From assembly GCA_041671485.1 (NCBI GenBank), contig JBAZBL010000003.1:25412-89411 (forward strand): a stretch of DNA of 64,000 nucleotides, in the 5' to 3' direction. A program made the position numbers and the translations under genes. The notes under the pieces were generated by a model. The model searched no databases. It had not been told where the DNA came from and was given only the letters and a program-made list of their open reading frames with translations. Positions 39,202 through 49,329 of this stretch are shown piece after piece. Position 1 is the first letter of the stretch, and the number at the start of each line of letters is the position of its first letter. The stretch comes from Minisyncoccota bacterium (GTDB lineage: Bacteria; Patescibacteriota; Minisyncoccia; Phycocordibacterales; PALSA-1337).

Positions 39202-39358
39202 CAAAAAAGCCCAACGAAATATACTCTCGAGCTGACACGCAATGCAATGTGAGCCATGAACAAATTGCCCATATTTGCTGAATCCTTGTAAGCAAATATG
39301 GTTGCAATTTGGAATGGCGACCTTGCGTGGAGGCGAGAGAGATATTTCGTCGGGCTTT
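39202..39358. repeat. Family B structured palindromic repeat, copy A (bidirectional terminator-like)
   Basis: Roughly 155-nt rod: an outer 25-bp stem flanked by T-runs on both strands and an inner long hairpin (cccatatttgct/agcaaatatgg). About 90 percent identical to 57180-57335, with compensatory substitutions in the stems. Confidence 0.6.
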
Positions 39359-39367
39359 TAATATAAA

Positions 39368-39568
39368 TCACTTCCCTTCATCAACAATATCAGTCTTGAT
39401 TTCGCCACTATCGGTAATATCCTTTACAAGAAGTGTCATACCACAATGATCACATTCTATAACCATACCTTGTGCAAGATTTGGATATCTAGACAAATTG
39501 ACAGTGTTTTTGCATTCTGGACAAATTAGCAATGAATTTTCGCTTTTCATATTTTGATGTATTGGCAT
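39368..39568 (-). CDS. Small zinc-ribbon protein, LysW-like
   Basis: CPEC...(24)...CDHC double CxxC plus an acidic C-terminal tail (DIVDEGK), as in LysW/ArgW carrier proteins. Confidence 0.4.
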   Translation of the reverse strand: MPIHQNMKSENSLLICPECKNTVNLSRYPNLAQGMVIECDHCGMTLLVKDITDSGEIKTDIVDEGK

Positions 39569-39646
39569 ATATTTATAACTCTGACCTATCGAATTAGCTG
39601 TCGATAATGCCTTTTAATAATAGCGAGAAAAGTGTAATATTGCAAT

Positions 39647-40525
39647 ATGATTACTCCGTATCAAAAATATGAAAAATTGGCGCAAGCAATCGGCTTTTCA
39701 GGAAATCTTTACTTCAAACGCGAAGATCTGCATCCCCTAGGATCTCATAAAGGTAGATCAATACCTTTTATGATTGACCATTATCTTAAAAGTGGTGATA
39801 GACATTTTGCAATCTCTTCATCTGGTAATGCAGGTTTAGCAGCAACATTATATGTGAAAGAAATCAATGCAAAGAATTTAGATGCTCCAATCAAGCTCGA
39901 TATATTTGTTGGGAATAATATAGAAAGAGATAAATTGGAAAAGTTGAATAATCTTATTGATGAGAATATCAAGATATCCAAAATAGATCGTCCACTTCAG
40001 GCTCTAACTGAAGCAGCAAAGAGTGGTGCTAGAAGTTTACGTCAATCAACAGATGATATTGCCCTTATCGGTTATCAATCTTTAGCAGAAGAAATATCGA
40101 GCATTAGTAATATTGGTGCGGTCTTTATTGGCACTTCTTCTGGCACAACTGCACAATCTTTGGCTCAAAACTTTTCTGATAATAAATTACCAATTCAAGT
40201 TCATATCGTTCAAACTTCTTCTTGTCATCCGATTATAGATTCATTTGGGCCTTTTGATACTTCAAAAGAGAGATCTGTCGCTGATGCCATAGTCGATATA
40301 GTAGCAAATCGGAAAGACGTACTAGTATCACTTATCCAAAGAGCTGGTGGGAATGGATGGTTAGCTACAAATGACGATATTCACTCTGCAATACAACTAG
40401 CAAAAGAAAATACTGGAATAGAAATATCTACAAATAGTGCATTATCTATAGTCGGTGCAATGAAAGCAGTAAAGACAAAACATCCTATAAATGGAGCTAT
40501 TGTATGCCTGATTTGTGGTGATTGA
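39647..40525 (+). CDS. PLP-dependent enzyme of the tryptophan-synthase-beta superfamily (threonine synthase-like)
   Basis: REDLHPLGSHKGR (PLP lysine) and SSGNAG motifs. Confidence 0.55.
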   Translation: MITPYQKYEKLAQAIGFSGNLYFKREDLHPLGSHKGRSIPFMIDHYLKSGDRHFAISSSGNAGLAATLYVKEINAKNLDAPIKLDIFVGNNIERDKLEKLNNLIDENIKISKIDRPLQALTEAAKSGARSLRQSTDDIALIGYQSLAEEISSISNIGAVFIGTSSGTTAQSLAQNFSDNKLPIQVHIVQTSSCHPIIDSFGPFDTSKERSVADAIVDIVANRKDVLVSLIQRAGGNGWLATNDDIHSAIQLAKENTGIEISTNSALSIVGAMKAVKTKHPINGAIVCLICGD

Positions 40526-40550
40526 TAATATGTGGCAGTCATTTTATAAA

Positions 40551-41852
40551 CTACAATCCTCTCACAGATTTTACAAACCTTTCACCTCGATCTTTTCTCG
40601 ATGGATCTATGCCATTTGCAGAAAATCCTGGACTAAATAAAATCTTATCCCCACTTCTCGCATGTTCGCGAGCCAATACTGTCGCTTCTTCTATGGATGG
40701 TACTGACATGACTTCGACATGATCGAGTCTTTCTATCGTTCTTCTTTCTTTCATTGTCCCACTACCAGGGATAAGTATCACCGTATGTACATATTGTGGC
40801 AAGATTGCATGCAATTCACGATAATCAAAGCCACTCTCTGCTCCACCTAGGATAAGAATAATATTTCGATTTAGAGACAATGAAATAATACTAGCTATTG
40901 TTGAAGCAGGATTTACAGATGCACTATCATTATAAAATTCAATACCTTTGATCTTCTTTATAAGTTCTATTCTACCCTTGAGTGGTTTCCAATTGCTCAA
41001 TATTTCTTGGATAAAGTCATCTGGAACCTTGAATAATCTTGCAGCCTGAAATGAAAGAGCCGCATTTTCACGATCATGTGTTCTACCTTTGAAATCAAAC
41101 TCTTCTGTAATAAGAGATGGTTTGGTACGTAACATCTTGGCTTTTGGCTGGAATCTATAGAGACGAGTAGCATCTATGATCTCATCACTCGCAATAATAA
41201 AATTATTGTATGTCTGAAAATCCAATATCTCAAAAGGAGAATCTGCATATGTGCCTTTTTGAGGTACAGTAGTAAATATTGCAACTTGTGGACTGATCCT
41301 TACTTCTCGCAATTCATTGAATATGATGTCTGTTATCTTCAATATCAAAATGTCTCCATTTTTTGCTTTTCTTAAAAAAGATAATATCCCTTTGCCAGAT
41401 TCATGATCAGCAGTGAAAACACTATCACTCACTTTTTCGAGCATAGGCCGTAGCATTGAGATCAAAGATGTCTTGCCACACATACCCATAATACCAACAA
41501 CAGTAAGTGGTGGAGCGAGTCTGAAAAATAAAGTCTCTGGATATTCGATCTGGATATTCTCTTTTTTTGCTAGTGTGAGAAATGATGAATCCCGTGGGTA
41601 TTCATGTGACAATATGATGAGATCCATATCAACAAGGTCATCCATGGGTATTGATCCACAAACATAGTTGGCTAGACCTTCTCCACGCAAAAAAACAAGA
41701 TAGCTCTTGAGTTTGGCTTCGCTCTGTAAATCATATACTGACAGTATCGCCCCTGCCTTTATAAGAAATCTTGCATCTTCAACCATTTCACCATTATGGC
41801 CAAGACCTATAAGGGCAACTCTTTTTCCTTTGAAATAATCCCGGGAAGTCAT
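40551..41852 (-). CDS. murD: UDP-N-acetylmuramoylalanine--D-glutamate ligase (MurD-like Mur ligase)
   Basis: KRVALIGLGHNG N-terminal motif; GMCGKTS P-loop; Mur ligase middle and C-terminal domains. Confidence 0.65.
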   Translation of the reverse strand: MTSRDYFKGKRVALIGLGHNGEMVEDARFLIKAGAILSVYDLQSEAKLKSYLVFLRGEGLANYVCGSIPMDDLVDMDLIILSHEYPRDSSFLTLAKKENIQIEYPETLFFRLAPPLTVVGIMGMCGKTSLISMLRPMLEKVSDSVFTADHESGKGILSFLRKAKNGDILILKITDIIFNELREVRISPQVAIFTTVPQKGTYADSPFEILDFQTYNNFIIASDEIIDATRLYRFQPKAKMLRTKPSLITEEFDFKGRTHDRENAALSFQAARLFKVPDDFIQEILSNWKPLKGRIELIKKIKGIEFYNDSASVNPASTIASIISLSLNRNIILILGGAESGFDYRELHAILPQYVHTVILIPGSGTMKERRTIERLDHVEVMSVPSIEEATVLAREHARSGDKILFSPGFSANGIDPSRKDRGERFVKSVRGL

Positions 41853-41909
41853 AAAGACAGTTTACGGTAAAAAGAGATAGGTGAAAAGAGTGTGTATAGA
41901 GAGTGAAGT

Positions 41910-42230
41910 TTATTCTGATTTTGTATTTTGAGCCAAAAGTTTTTTTACTTTCGTGAATTCTTGTAACATTGCCTGCAATTTTACTGCCTCATCAGATGAA
42001 GGTGAAGCATCTATAGAGAATTGAGAAATCTTTTTTATCAATACTCCATATAGATCATGAAAATAATCTTCGATAATATGTCGTTCTGGTAACTTTTCTC
42101 TATTACACCATTCTGGCCGATCAAATATCCTTACAATTTCGAGAGGTCTCTTCAAGCCATCATATACTACTGATTCATGAGATAATATCCCATCTAGAGA
42201 TGGGGATACAATATTATAATTTCCAACCAT
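41910..42230 (-). CDS. Hypothetical protein
   Basis: 106-aa ORF with tight spacing to radC. Confidence 0.35.
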   Translation of the reverse strand: MVGNYNIVSPSLDGILSHESVVYDGLKRPLEIVRIFDRPEWCNREKLPERHIIEDYFHDLYGVLIKKISQFSIDASPSSDEAVKLQAMLQEFTKVKKLLAQNTKSE

Positions 42231-42244
42231 TTGTTTTTTATTAT

Positions 42245-42976
42245 TTAATAATTTGCCTTTATACTGACGAATTCATCTTTTGTTATTATGATATGATCGA
42301 GAAGTGAAATACCTAGAATTTTACCTGCTTGTATGATCTGTTTGGTTATCTCTATATCTTCGGATGAAGGTGTCGCTTCACCAGAAGGATGATTGTGAGC
42401 AAGAACTATAGCAGATGCATTTGACTCTATTGCAGGACGAAAAACTTCACGGGGGTGAACAATATTTGTATTTATTGTGCCTATTGATATAACTTCATCA
42501 CGAATGATATGATTTCGACTATTCAAATACAATCCACGTAAATGTTCTTTTGGCAAATTACGCATATCCTGTAAATATTCATAGGCATCTTTTGCACTTC
42601 TTATCGTCGCGAAATTTGATTGGTTTCGATCGTAAAAACGTCGTCCGAGTTCACCACAAGCTACAATAACACACGCTTTAACAATCGGTACATTCATCTC
42701 AAAAGCAAGATGCTTAGCATCTTTTTCGGCCAAGATGCTCTTTTCACCATATTCACGAATGAGACGGTTTGCCATTTCGAGTACATCTTCTTTGACCGTA
42801 CCGACGCCTAGGACTACCGCTAAAAGCTCCTTCACACTCAATGCTTCTGGCCCTTGTGACATCAATCTTTCGCGTGGTTTCTCTTCTGTCGGCAAATCAT
42901 GGATCGTCTGAACATACTCACGATTCATGATCGAGTCGAGAAACAAAACATTTGAACGAATGGCATAAGTCTGCAT
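42245..42976 (-). CDS. radC: RadC-family JAB-domain protein
   Basis: HhH N-terminal region and JAMM motif HNHPSG. Confidence 0.8.
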   Translation of the reverse strand: MQTYAIRSNVLFLDSIMNREYVQTIHDLPTEEKPRERLMSQGPEALSVKELLAVVLGVGTVKEDVLEMANRLIREYGEKSILAEKDAKHLAFEMNVPIVKACVIVACGELGRRFYDRNQSNFATIRSAKDAYEYLQDMRNLPKEHLRGLYLNSRNHIIRDEVISIGTINTNIVHPREVFRPAIESNASAIVLAHNHPSGEATPSSEDIEITKQIIQAGKILGISLLDHIIITKDEFVSIKANY

Positions 42977-43010
42977 ATCGGGATTATATCATATAATATA
43001 ATTATGCAAA

Positions 43011-44894
43011 TTATATCCTTCGTCTTTTATTGATTTCTGCTTTACGGATCGAAAGGGCCTGACATTTCTTTGCCAATTCTGCAACAGATTTTGTATTATG
43101 ACGAGCTTCGGCAATTTTCAATTCTTGCATAGTATCTATCAATTCTATATTGATGAGATCCTCTTCAAAATTGATCAATAATTCTTTTGCATTTTTTTCC
43201 CATAAATCTTCATCATTGCCAAAGAATGCTTCAGCCTCAAATACTAGATCACTCGCTATACTATCTGCTCTAGCTTTACGTATGTCATAAGATTTCTGAT
43301 CAAGTCTCTTCAATTCTTCTATAAATGTATCTACCTTTTTTGACTTCTCTTTTTTCATGAGATACAAAAGTCCAAATAGACGTCTTTCTATAAGATCAAT
43401 GCGTTTGGATTGTTCATCGCTGGTCTTGGTAACAATTTTATCATCGGTTTTATTTTCTTGCTTCAAACGCTTTTCTATAACTTTCAAATCTTGCCATATT
43501 GTATCTATTGGAGTCTTTGAATGATCGGCAATCATCTGTACAAAATGTGATTGATCACTAGCACTTTCTATCCTTGCAAGTAATGGTAATACACGCTCTT
43601 CTATTGCTCGGATAAGTTTGCGTTTATCTTGAAATTCACGTAAAACATTGTTTATCTCAAATTCAATAACTGGTTTTGCATTGCGCAATACTTCTTTCCA
43701 CTTGTTTGTATCTTCTCTTGCAAGATCGGCAGGATCTTTGCCTCCGACAATATCAGCAATCTTTACATCCATGCCGAGCGATAAAGCAATACCTGATGCT
43801 CTCATAGCTGCTTTTCGTCCTGCAGGATCGGAGTCAAATGCAATAATTATATTTGGTGATAGGCGTCTCACCAAGCCGAGATTACTCACAACTCCATCAC
43901 TTTTATAAACTTCATCTCCTAGAGCAGTTCCTGAAGATGCAACTGTATTACAAATCCCTGCTTGATGTGACATGACTAGGTCCATTTGACCTTCGACAAA
44001 TATAGAATAATTGAGTCTTCTTATCTCACTTTTTGCTTTGTCCAAGCCATACAAGACTGCGGATTTATCGAATAGTGGTGTATCTGGACTATTCAGATAT
44101 TTTGCAGATTGGCCATCATCTTTGAGTATTCGTCCGGAGAATGCAATCACCCGACCACTAGAGTCATTTATTGGAAACATTATTCGTCCACGAAATCGGT
44201 CGTAAAACCCACTGTCATTCCCGCGAAAGCGGGAATCCATATTTACATGAGCAGGATCCGCCGCTCCCTCCTCGGGGCGACTAAATGCCTTCGTTCGCTT
44301 CGCGAAGTCGCCATTTGTCGCCCCTGCGACGGTCGCGGCTCCTATCCCACTTGATTCTTTCCTCTTCACAAGACCCACTTTTTCGAGGATGGCATCATTG
44401 TAACCTTTACCCTTCATATAAATAGAAAGATTGCGCCAACCATCTGGAGCAAAACCTATTCGAAATAGTTTTCGAGTTTCTTCTTTTATTCCACGACATT
44501 TCAAGTATTCCCTTGCTTCTTTGGATCTTTCGAATTGAAATTCAAAATACTTTGTTGCTTCTTCTATGAGAGCGTATAGATGATCTCTTTCACCATCAGA
44601 TTTTTGATCATGAACAATAGGTACGCCAGCCTTTTCTGCAAGAAGCTTCAATGCCCCACGAAAGTCCAGTCCTTCAAACTGTTCAACAAATGAGAATATA
44701 TCTCCTTTGGCACCACAGCCAAAACAATAATAACCACCTCTTTCCGGAGAGACGAAAAAAGAAGGAGTCTTTTCATTGTGAAATGGACACTTTGCTTTCA
44801 ATGATTTGCCTGCTCTTTCTAGTTTTATATAAGAACCAAGAACATCTTCTATTGAAAGTCGAGCTTTGATTTCTTCTACGGTAGAACGATTCAT
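43011..44894 (-). CDS. dnaG: DNA primase DnaG, carrying a roughly 45-aa GC-rich in-frame insertion
   Basis: CHC2 zinc finger CPFHNEKTPSFFVSPERGGYYCFGCGAKGD and TOPRIM motifs. Extra segment lies between KRKESSG and FYDRFRGRIMFPI. Confidence 0.85.
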   Translation of the reverse strand: MNRSTVEEIKARLSIEDVLGSYIKLERAGKSLKAKCPFHNEKTPSFFVSPERGGYYCFGCGAKGDIFSFVEQFEGLDFRGALKLLAEKAGVPIVHDQKSDGERDHLYALIEEATKYFEFQFERSKEAREYLKCRGIKEETRKLFRIGFAPDGWRNLSIYMKGKGYNDAILEKVGLVKRKESSGIGAATVAGATNGDFAKRTKAFSRPEEGAADPAHVNMDSRFRGNDSGFYDRFRGRIMFPINDSSGRVIAFSGRILKDDGQSAKYLNSPDTPLFDKSAVLYGLDKAKSEIRRLNYSIFVEGQMDLVMSHQAGICNTVASSGTALGDEVYKSDGVVSNLGLVRRLSPNIIIAFDSDPAGRKAAMRASGIALSLGMDVKIADIVGGKDPADLAREDTNKWKEVLRNAKPVIEFEINNVLREFQDKRKLIRAIEERVLPLLARIESASDQSHFVQMIADHSKTPIDTIWQDLKVIEKRLKQENKTDDKIVTKTSDEQSKRIDLIERRLFGLLYLMKKEKSKKVDTFIEELKRLDQKSYDIRKARADSIASDLVFEAEAFFGNDEDLWEKNAKELLINFEEDLINIELIDTMQELKIAEARHNTKSVAELAKKCQALSIRKAEINKRRRI

Positions 44895-44943
44895 ATTGCA
44901 AGTATATGATAAGATAGCAAAAGTACAAATATTCAGATCTTAT

Positions 44944-47900
44944 TTATTCATTTGACTTTATCTCTCTTTTCATATCATTTATCATCTTTTGCTTTGGTGA
45001 ACCAGGGAAGCCAGTACCAGCTGGTACAAGGCGTCCGATAATAACATTTTCCATTAGTCCAGTTAGATCATCCTCTGCCGAGCGCACGGAATTTGCTATG
45101 AGAACACGAGTAGTATGTTGGAAAGATGCAGCCGAAAGGAAAGATTGTCTTGTAAGAGAAGTCTCTGTGATTCCCATAACAATCTTTGTCACTTTTGCTA
45201 TAGAACCCCCTTTAGCTTTTGCCATAACATTTTCTTCTGCTAGTTGAACATCATCAACTATCATACCTTCTGTTAGATTTGTATCTCCTCCTTCAGAGAC
45301 ACGACGTCTGGAGAACATTTGTTTTACGATAATTTCGATGTGTTTTCTGGATACTGTTTCTCCTTGTAATTCATATATCTTACCAACCTCTGTAATAACA
45401 TAGTCTTTTGCACGCTCCTCTCCTCCATATTCAAATACTTCATCAATTTCGGCAGAACCATCTGTCAATAGATCACCCTTCTTTACTTTATCACCAGCTT
45501 TTACAAAAGGTGTTCTACGATATGGGAATACATATTCAATTTCACTTGCTTTTTTGTTTTTACCTTTATCTTCGATCTCTGGTATAACACGAATTAGTCT
45601 TTCTTTGCCCATATCTTTGACTTCAGTAACCATACCGTTAACAGTTGCAACTACAGCTGGATTCTTTGGACGACGTTTTTCGAATATTTCTTCAACTCGA
45701 GGTAAACCTTGTGTTATATCTCCACCATGTGAAGCAGTACCTCCAGCATGGAATGTTCTCATTGTAAGTTGTGTTCCTGGCTCACCTATTGCTTGTGCAG
45801 CAACGGTCCCTACAGCTTCACCTAGAGCAATTAGCTCGTTTTTACCCAAGTCTAGTCCATAACACTGTGCACATACACCCCTCATTGTTTTACATGAAAG
45901 TGGAGAACGTACATGAACTTCATTTACACCAGCTTCTTCTATTTTGAGTGCATCGCCTTTACTGATAATATGACCTTTATTGAATATCGTATTACCACTT
46001 ATATCTTTTACGGATTCTGCCAATACTCTGCCACGAATACTCTTCGAAATTGGAATATTTATACCAGAAGCTGTTTGTTTGTGGATAATAATAAAATCTT
46101 TTGTACCACAATCATCTTCAGAAATAACAACATCTTGGGCAACAACGAATAGTTTACGCGTGAGATAACCTGCTTTGGCAGTATTGAGCGCTGTATCTGT
46201 AAGACCTTTACGTGAACCGTGAGTAGTGATGAAATATTCGATAGGAGTTAGACCTTCCTTTGCACAAGAAATAATAGGAAATTCAATAGTCTCTCCAGAG
46301 ACTGAAGCAATCAATCCTTTCATTCCAGCCATTTGTGTGATCTGGGATAGAGAACCTCTAGCACCAGAAGTTACCATATCATAAACAGAACCATTCTTAT
46401 CCAAACTTGGTGGGATAGCTTTCTCGACTTCTCCTTTGACTTTTTGCCATGTTTCAATATGTTTCCTTATACGTTCTTCCTCGGTCAAAAGTCCTTCATT
46501 AAATTGTTGTGTAACGATATTTGCTTGTCTCTTGCCTTTTATTATTAACTCTCCTTTTGAAGAAGGAATCATAATATCATCAATTCCCCAAGTCGTACCA
46601 GAATAAGTCGCAAAACTAAAACCAAAACTCTTTATCTTATCGAGTATTGGGGCAATATTCTTGGCTCCATGGAAAGTGATCATATCATCAATTATTTGTC
46701 CCAATTTCTTTCGACCTACCTCTTCATTGACAAAAGGATAATCATCAAACAAAATATTATTGAATAATATCCTACCGACAGTCGTTTCAAATATAGCATT
46801 ATTGAATTTTTCGTATTTCTTATTGTTTGTTGCCAATACTTTTATAGGTTCACGGAGATCGATTGACTTAAAATCATAGGCGAGTACAGCAGCCTCTGGT
46901 GATTCAAACATTCTTATATTGTTAGCAGCATTTTTATTATTATCTCTCACTTTTATCTTTGTGACCCAGAAACAACCGAGAACAATATCCAACATTTTTG
47001 CAACAACAGTTGGATCATTGTTACCTGGTTTCAATACATTCTTATCAGCAGCCATAATTTCTCTGGCTTCAAGCTGTGCCTCCTCGGAAAGTGGTATATG
47101 TACTGCCATTTGATCGCCATCAAAGTCAGCATTGAAAGCAGTGCAAACCAATGGATGAACCTGGATTGCATTCCCTTCTATAAGTATAGGCTGAAAAGCT
47201 TGTATACCTAGGCGATGCAATGTAGGAGCACGATTTAGCAATACATATTTGTTTTTGATTACTTCTTCTAGGATTTCCCAGACTTCTTTTGAATCATCAT
47301 CTATCAATCTATTTGCACCACGAATATTGTAAGCCAATTCTCTTTTCAAAAGTCCAGAAATAACAAATGGTCGGAATAATTCTAATGCCATATGCTTTGG
47401 CAAACCACATTGATCTAGTCTCAATTCTGGACCAACTACGATGACAGAACGTCCTGAATAGTCTACACGTTTACCGAGAAGGTTTTGGCGAAATAGTCCT
47501 CTCTTTGATTTCAAACTATCAGACAGAGACTTGAGTGCTCGTTTTTGTGCAGCAGCTGCAGCAGCACCAGCAGAAGAGCCGTGACGGATAGAGTTGTCTA
47601 TGAGAGCGTCTACTGCTTCTTGGAGAATGCGCTTTTCATTGCGCAATATAACTTCTGGAGCATTGATATCTTTTAGTTTTAGTAAGCGATTGTTTCTATT
47701 GATTACTCTCCTATATAAGTCATTGACATCAGAAGTGGCAAATCTGCCACCATCTAGAGCAACCATTGGACGGATGCCTGGTGGGATTACAGGGATCTTG
47801 GTTAGGAACATCCATTCTGGACGAATATTTGCTTTTATCATCTGTTTTACCAATGATATCCTCTTGGCCAATTTGTCTTTGTCAGCAGAGCTTACAGTTT

Positions 47901-48633
47901 CATATTCTTTATCGAGTTCTACTTTGAGTTTTGGCATATCAACCTTCTTCAATATTTCAAATATTGCTTCTGCTCCAATTCCAGATTCAAAGAGTCCTCC
48001 ATACTTCATTGCATATTTATGATATGTAACTTCGTCCATAACAAAACCAGGAACAATTGTCTCTATCTCTCTTCTCGCATTTAATACCAGCTCTTTCAAT
48101 GCTTCTTTTGTTTTATCATCTTGAGAACTTTTTACTTTTGTTTTGTATTCATTGTCAAGTTCTTTCAAGAATTTTACTTTCTCTTGTTCATGAACTTTGA
48201 TGACTATATATCCAGCAAAGTAGACGACTTTTTCTAGATCTCCTGACGTCATACCTAGTATAAGACCAATCCTTGATGGTACACTCCTCAAGAACCAAAT
48301 ATGAGAAACAGGAGATGCAAGTTCGATATGGCCCATCCTTTCCCGTCTTACTATCGAACGAGTGATCTCTACACCACATTTTTCACAAACAATACCTTTG
48401 TATCGTATTCCTCTATATTTACCGCAATAACATTCATAGTCACGATCTGGTCCAAATATTCTTTCATCGAATAGACCACCCTTTTCACTTCTTTGCGTTC
48501 TATAGTTGATCGTCTCTGGCTTGGTAATCTCGCCATAAGACCATTCCAATATCTTCTCAGGGGACGCTATAGTCAATCGAATGAGGTCAAAGTCCTGAAT
48601 GTCTTGGGATTTTTTGGTTGTTTGTGTTTGCAT
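44944..48633 (-). CDS. rpoC: DNA-directed RNA polymerase subunit beta' (RpoC)
   Basis: 1229 aa with the NADFDGD catalytic motif and the zinc-binding N-terminus CYCGKYRGIRYKGIVCEKCGVE. Confidence 0.95.
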   Translation of the reverse strand: MQTQTTKKSQDIQDFDLIRLTIASPEKILEWSYGEITKPETINYRTQRSEKGGLFDERIFGPDRDYECYCGKYRGIRYKGIVCEKCGVEITRSIVRRERMGHIELASPVSHIWFLRSVPSRIGLILGMTSGDLEKVVYFAGYIVIKVHEQEKVKFLKELDNEYKTKVKSSQDDKTKEALKELVLNARREIETIVPGFVMDEVTYHKYAMKYGGLFESGIGAEAIFEILKKVDMPKLKVELDKEYETVSSADKDKLAKRISLVKQMIKANIRPEWMFLTKIPVIPPGIRPMVALDGGRFATSDVNDLYRRVINRNNRLLKLKDINAPEVILRNEKRILQEAVDALIDNSIRHGSSAGAAAAAAQKRALKSLSDSLKSKRGLFRQNLLGKRVDYSGRSVIVVGPELRLDQCGLPKHMALELFRPFVISGLLKRELAYNIRGANRLIDDDSKEVWEILEEVIKNKYVLLNRAPTLHRLGIQAFQPILIEGNAIQVHPLVCTAFNADFDGDQMAVHIPLSEEAQLEAREIMAADKNVLKPGNNDPTVVAKMLDIVLGCFWVTKIKVRDNNKNAANNIRMFESPEAAVLAYDFKSIDLREPIKVLATNNKKYEKFNNAIFETTVGRILFNNILFDDYPFVNEEVGRKKLGQIIDDMITFHGAKNIAPILDKIKSFGFSFATYSGTTWGIDDIMIPSSKGELIIKGKRQANIVTQQFNEGLLTEEERIRKHIETWQKVKGEVEKAIPPSLDKNGSVYDMVTSGARGSLSQITQMAGMKGLIASVSGETIEFPIISCAKEGLTPIEYFITTHGSRKGLTDTALNTAKAGYLTRKLFVVAQDVVISEDDCGTKDFIIIHKQTASGINIPISKSIRGRVLAESVKDISGNTIFNKGHIISKGDALKIEEAGVNEVHVRSPLSCKTMRGVCAQCYGLDLGKNELIALGEAVGTVAAQAIGEPGTQLTMRTFHAGGTASHGGDITQGLPRVEEIFEKRRPKNPAVVATVNGMVTEVKDMGKERLIRVIPEIEDKGKNKKASEIEYVFPYRRTPFVKAGDKVKKGDLLTDGSAEIDEVFEYGGEERAKDYVITEVGKIYELQGETVSRKHIEIIVKQMFSRRRVSEGGDTNLTEGMIVDDVQLAEENVMAKAKGGSIAKVTKIVMGITETSLTRQSFLSAASFQHTTRVLIANSVRSAEDDLTGLMENVIIGRLVPAGTGFPGSPKQKMINDMKREIKSNE

Positions 48634-48726
48634 ATTTGTTAAATTAAAATTGCAGTTGTGATAATCTCTGTAATCTTCAATATTGAACCTTTTTGTGTAT
48701 TTGTTTTCATAATATTAATCAAAAAA

Positions 48727-48984
48727 TTATTCATACAATTCACTGTGTGAACCAATCTTCAGAAGACGAATCCCATTTGCTTTTATTTCATAAATTACTC
48801 GTATATTTCCAGTCACATTGATACTACGACATCCTAAATACTTGCCATGAAGAGTATGATTATTCAATTCTGGTGCAGTTGGATCTTTCATGAAGATTTC
48901 TAATTTATCATCAAACTTTTGTTGTAATTTGGTTGGTAATTTATCATATTGCTTAACAAATCTCTTGTGAAAATCTATGATCAT
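48727..48984 (-). CDS. relE: Type II toxin, RelE/ParE family
   Basis: 85 aa; HTLHGKYLGCRSINVTGNIRVIYEI...IRLLKIGSHSELY. Confidence 0.75.
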   Translation of the reverse strand: MIIDFHKRFVKQYDKLPTKLQQKFDDKLEIFMKDPTAPELNNHTLHGKYLGCRSINVTGNIRVIYEIKANGIRLLKIGSHSELYE

Positions 48985-49265
48985 GATCTTTTCGAATGTA
49001 GATAACCAATAGCTTCCTTGGCAGAATCAAATGGTCCAACAAAATTCTTATTCTCTTTAGAATCAGCCAGAAGTTCATCCAATACTTTTCTTGTCTTTGC
49101 ATTTGGCATAGGATGGTCAGCAAAAGTGACTTTTCTTTCAGAAATAAATTCCTTTATAAAGCCATTGATAACCGCATTCAGAGACACGCCCAGATCATGG
49201 GCCAGATTTAAAGCCTGATCTTTCAATGTTTTCTCGATTTTCACACTCATCATAGTGATAGTCAT
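48981..49265 (-). CDS. relB: Type II antitoxin, RelB/DinJ family
   Basis: 94 aa; SVKIEKTLKDQALNLAHDLGVSLNAVINGFIKEF. 4-nt overlap with the toxin gene. Confidence 0.7.
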   Translation of the reverse strand: MTITMMSVKIEKTLKDQALNLAHDLGVSLNAVINGFIKEFISERKVTFADHPMPNAKTRKVLDELLADSKENKNFVGPFDSAKEAIGYLHSKRS

Positions 49266-49329
49266 AGTATTTTAATAATTGATTGTTAATTGATAGTATA
49301 TACAAAGTATATACTTAGTATAATATCTG
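49266..49329 (-). promoter_or_regulatory. Putative promoter/operator of the relBE cassette
   Basis: - strand TTGACA-N16/17-TATACT with the direct repeat gtatatact x2 overlapping the -10 region. Confidence 0.4.
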
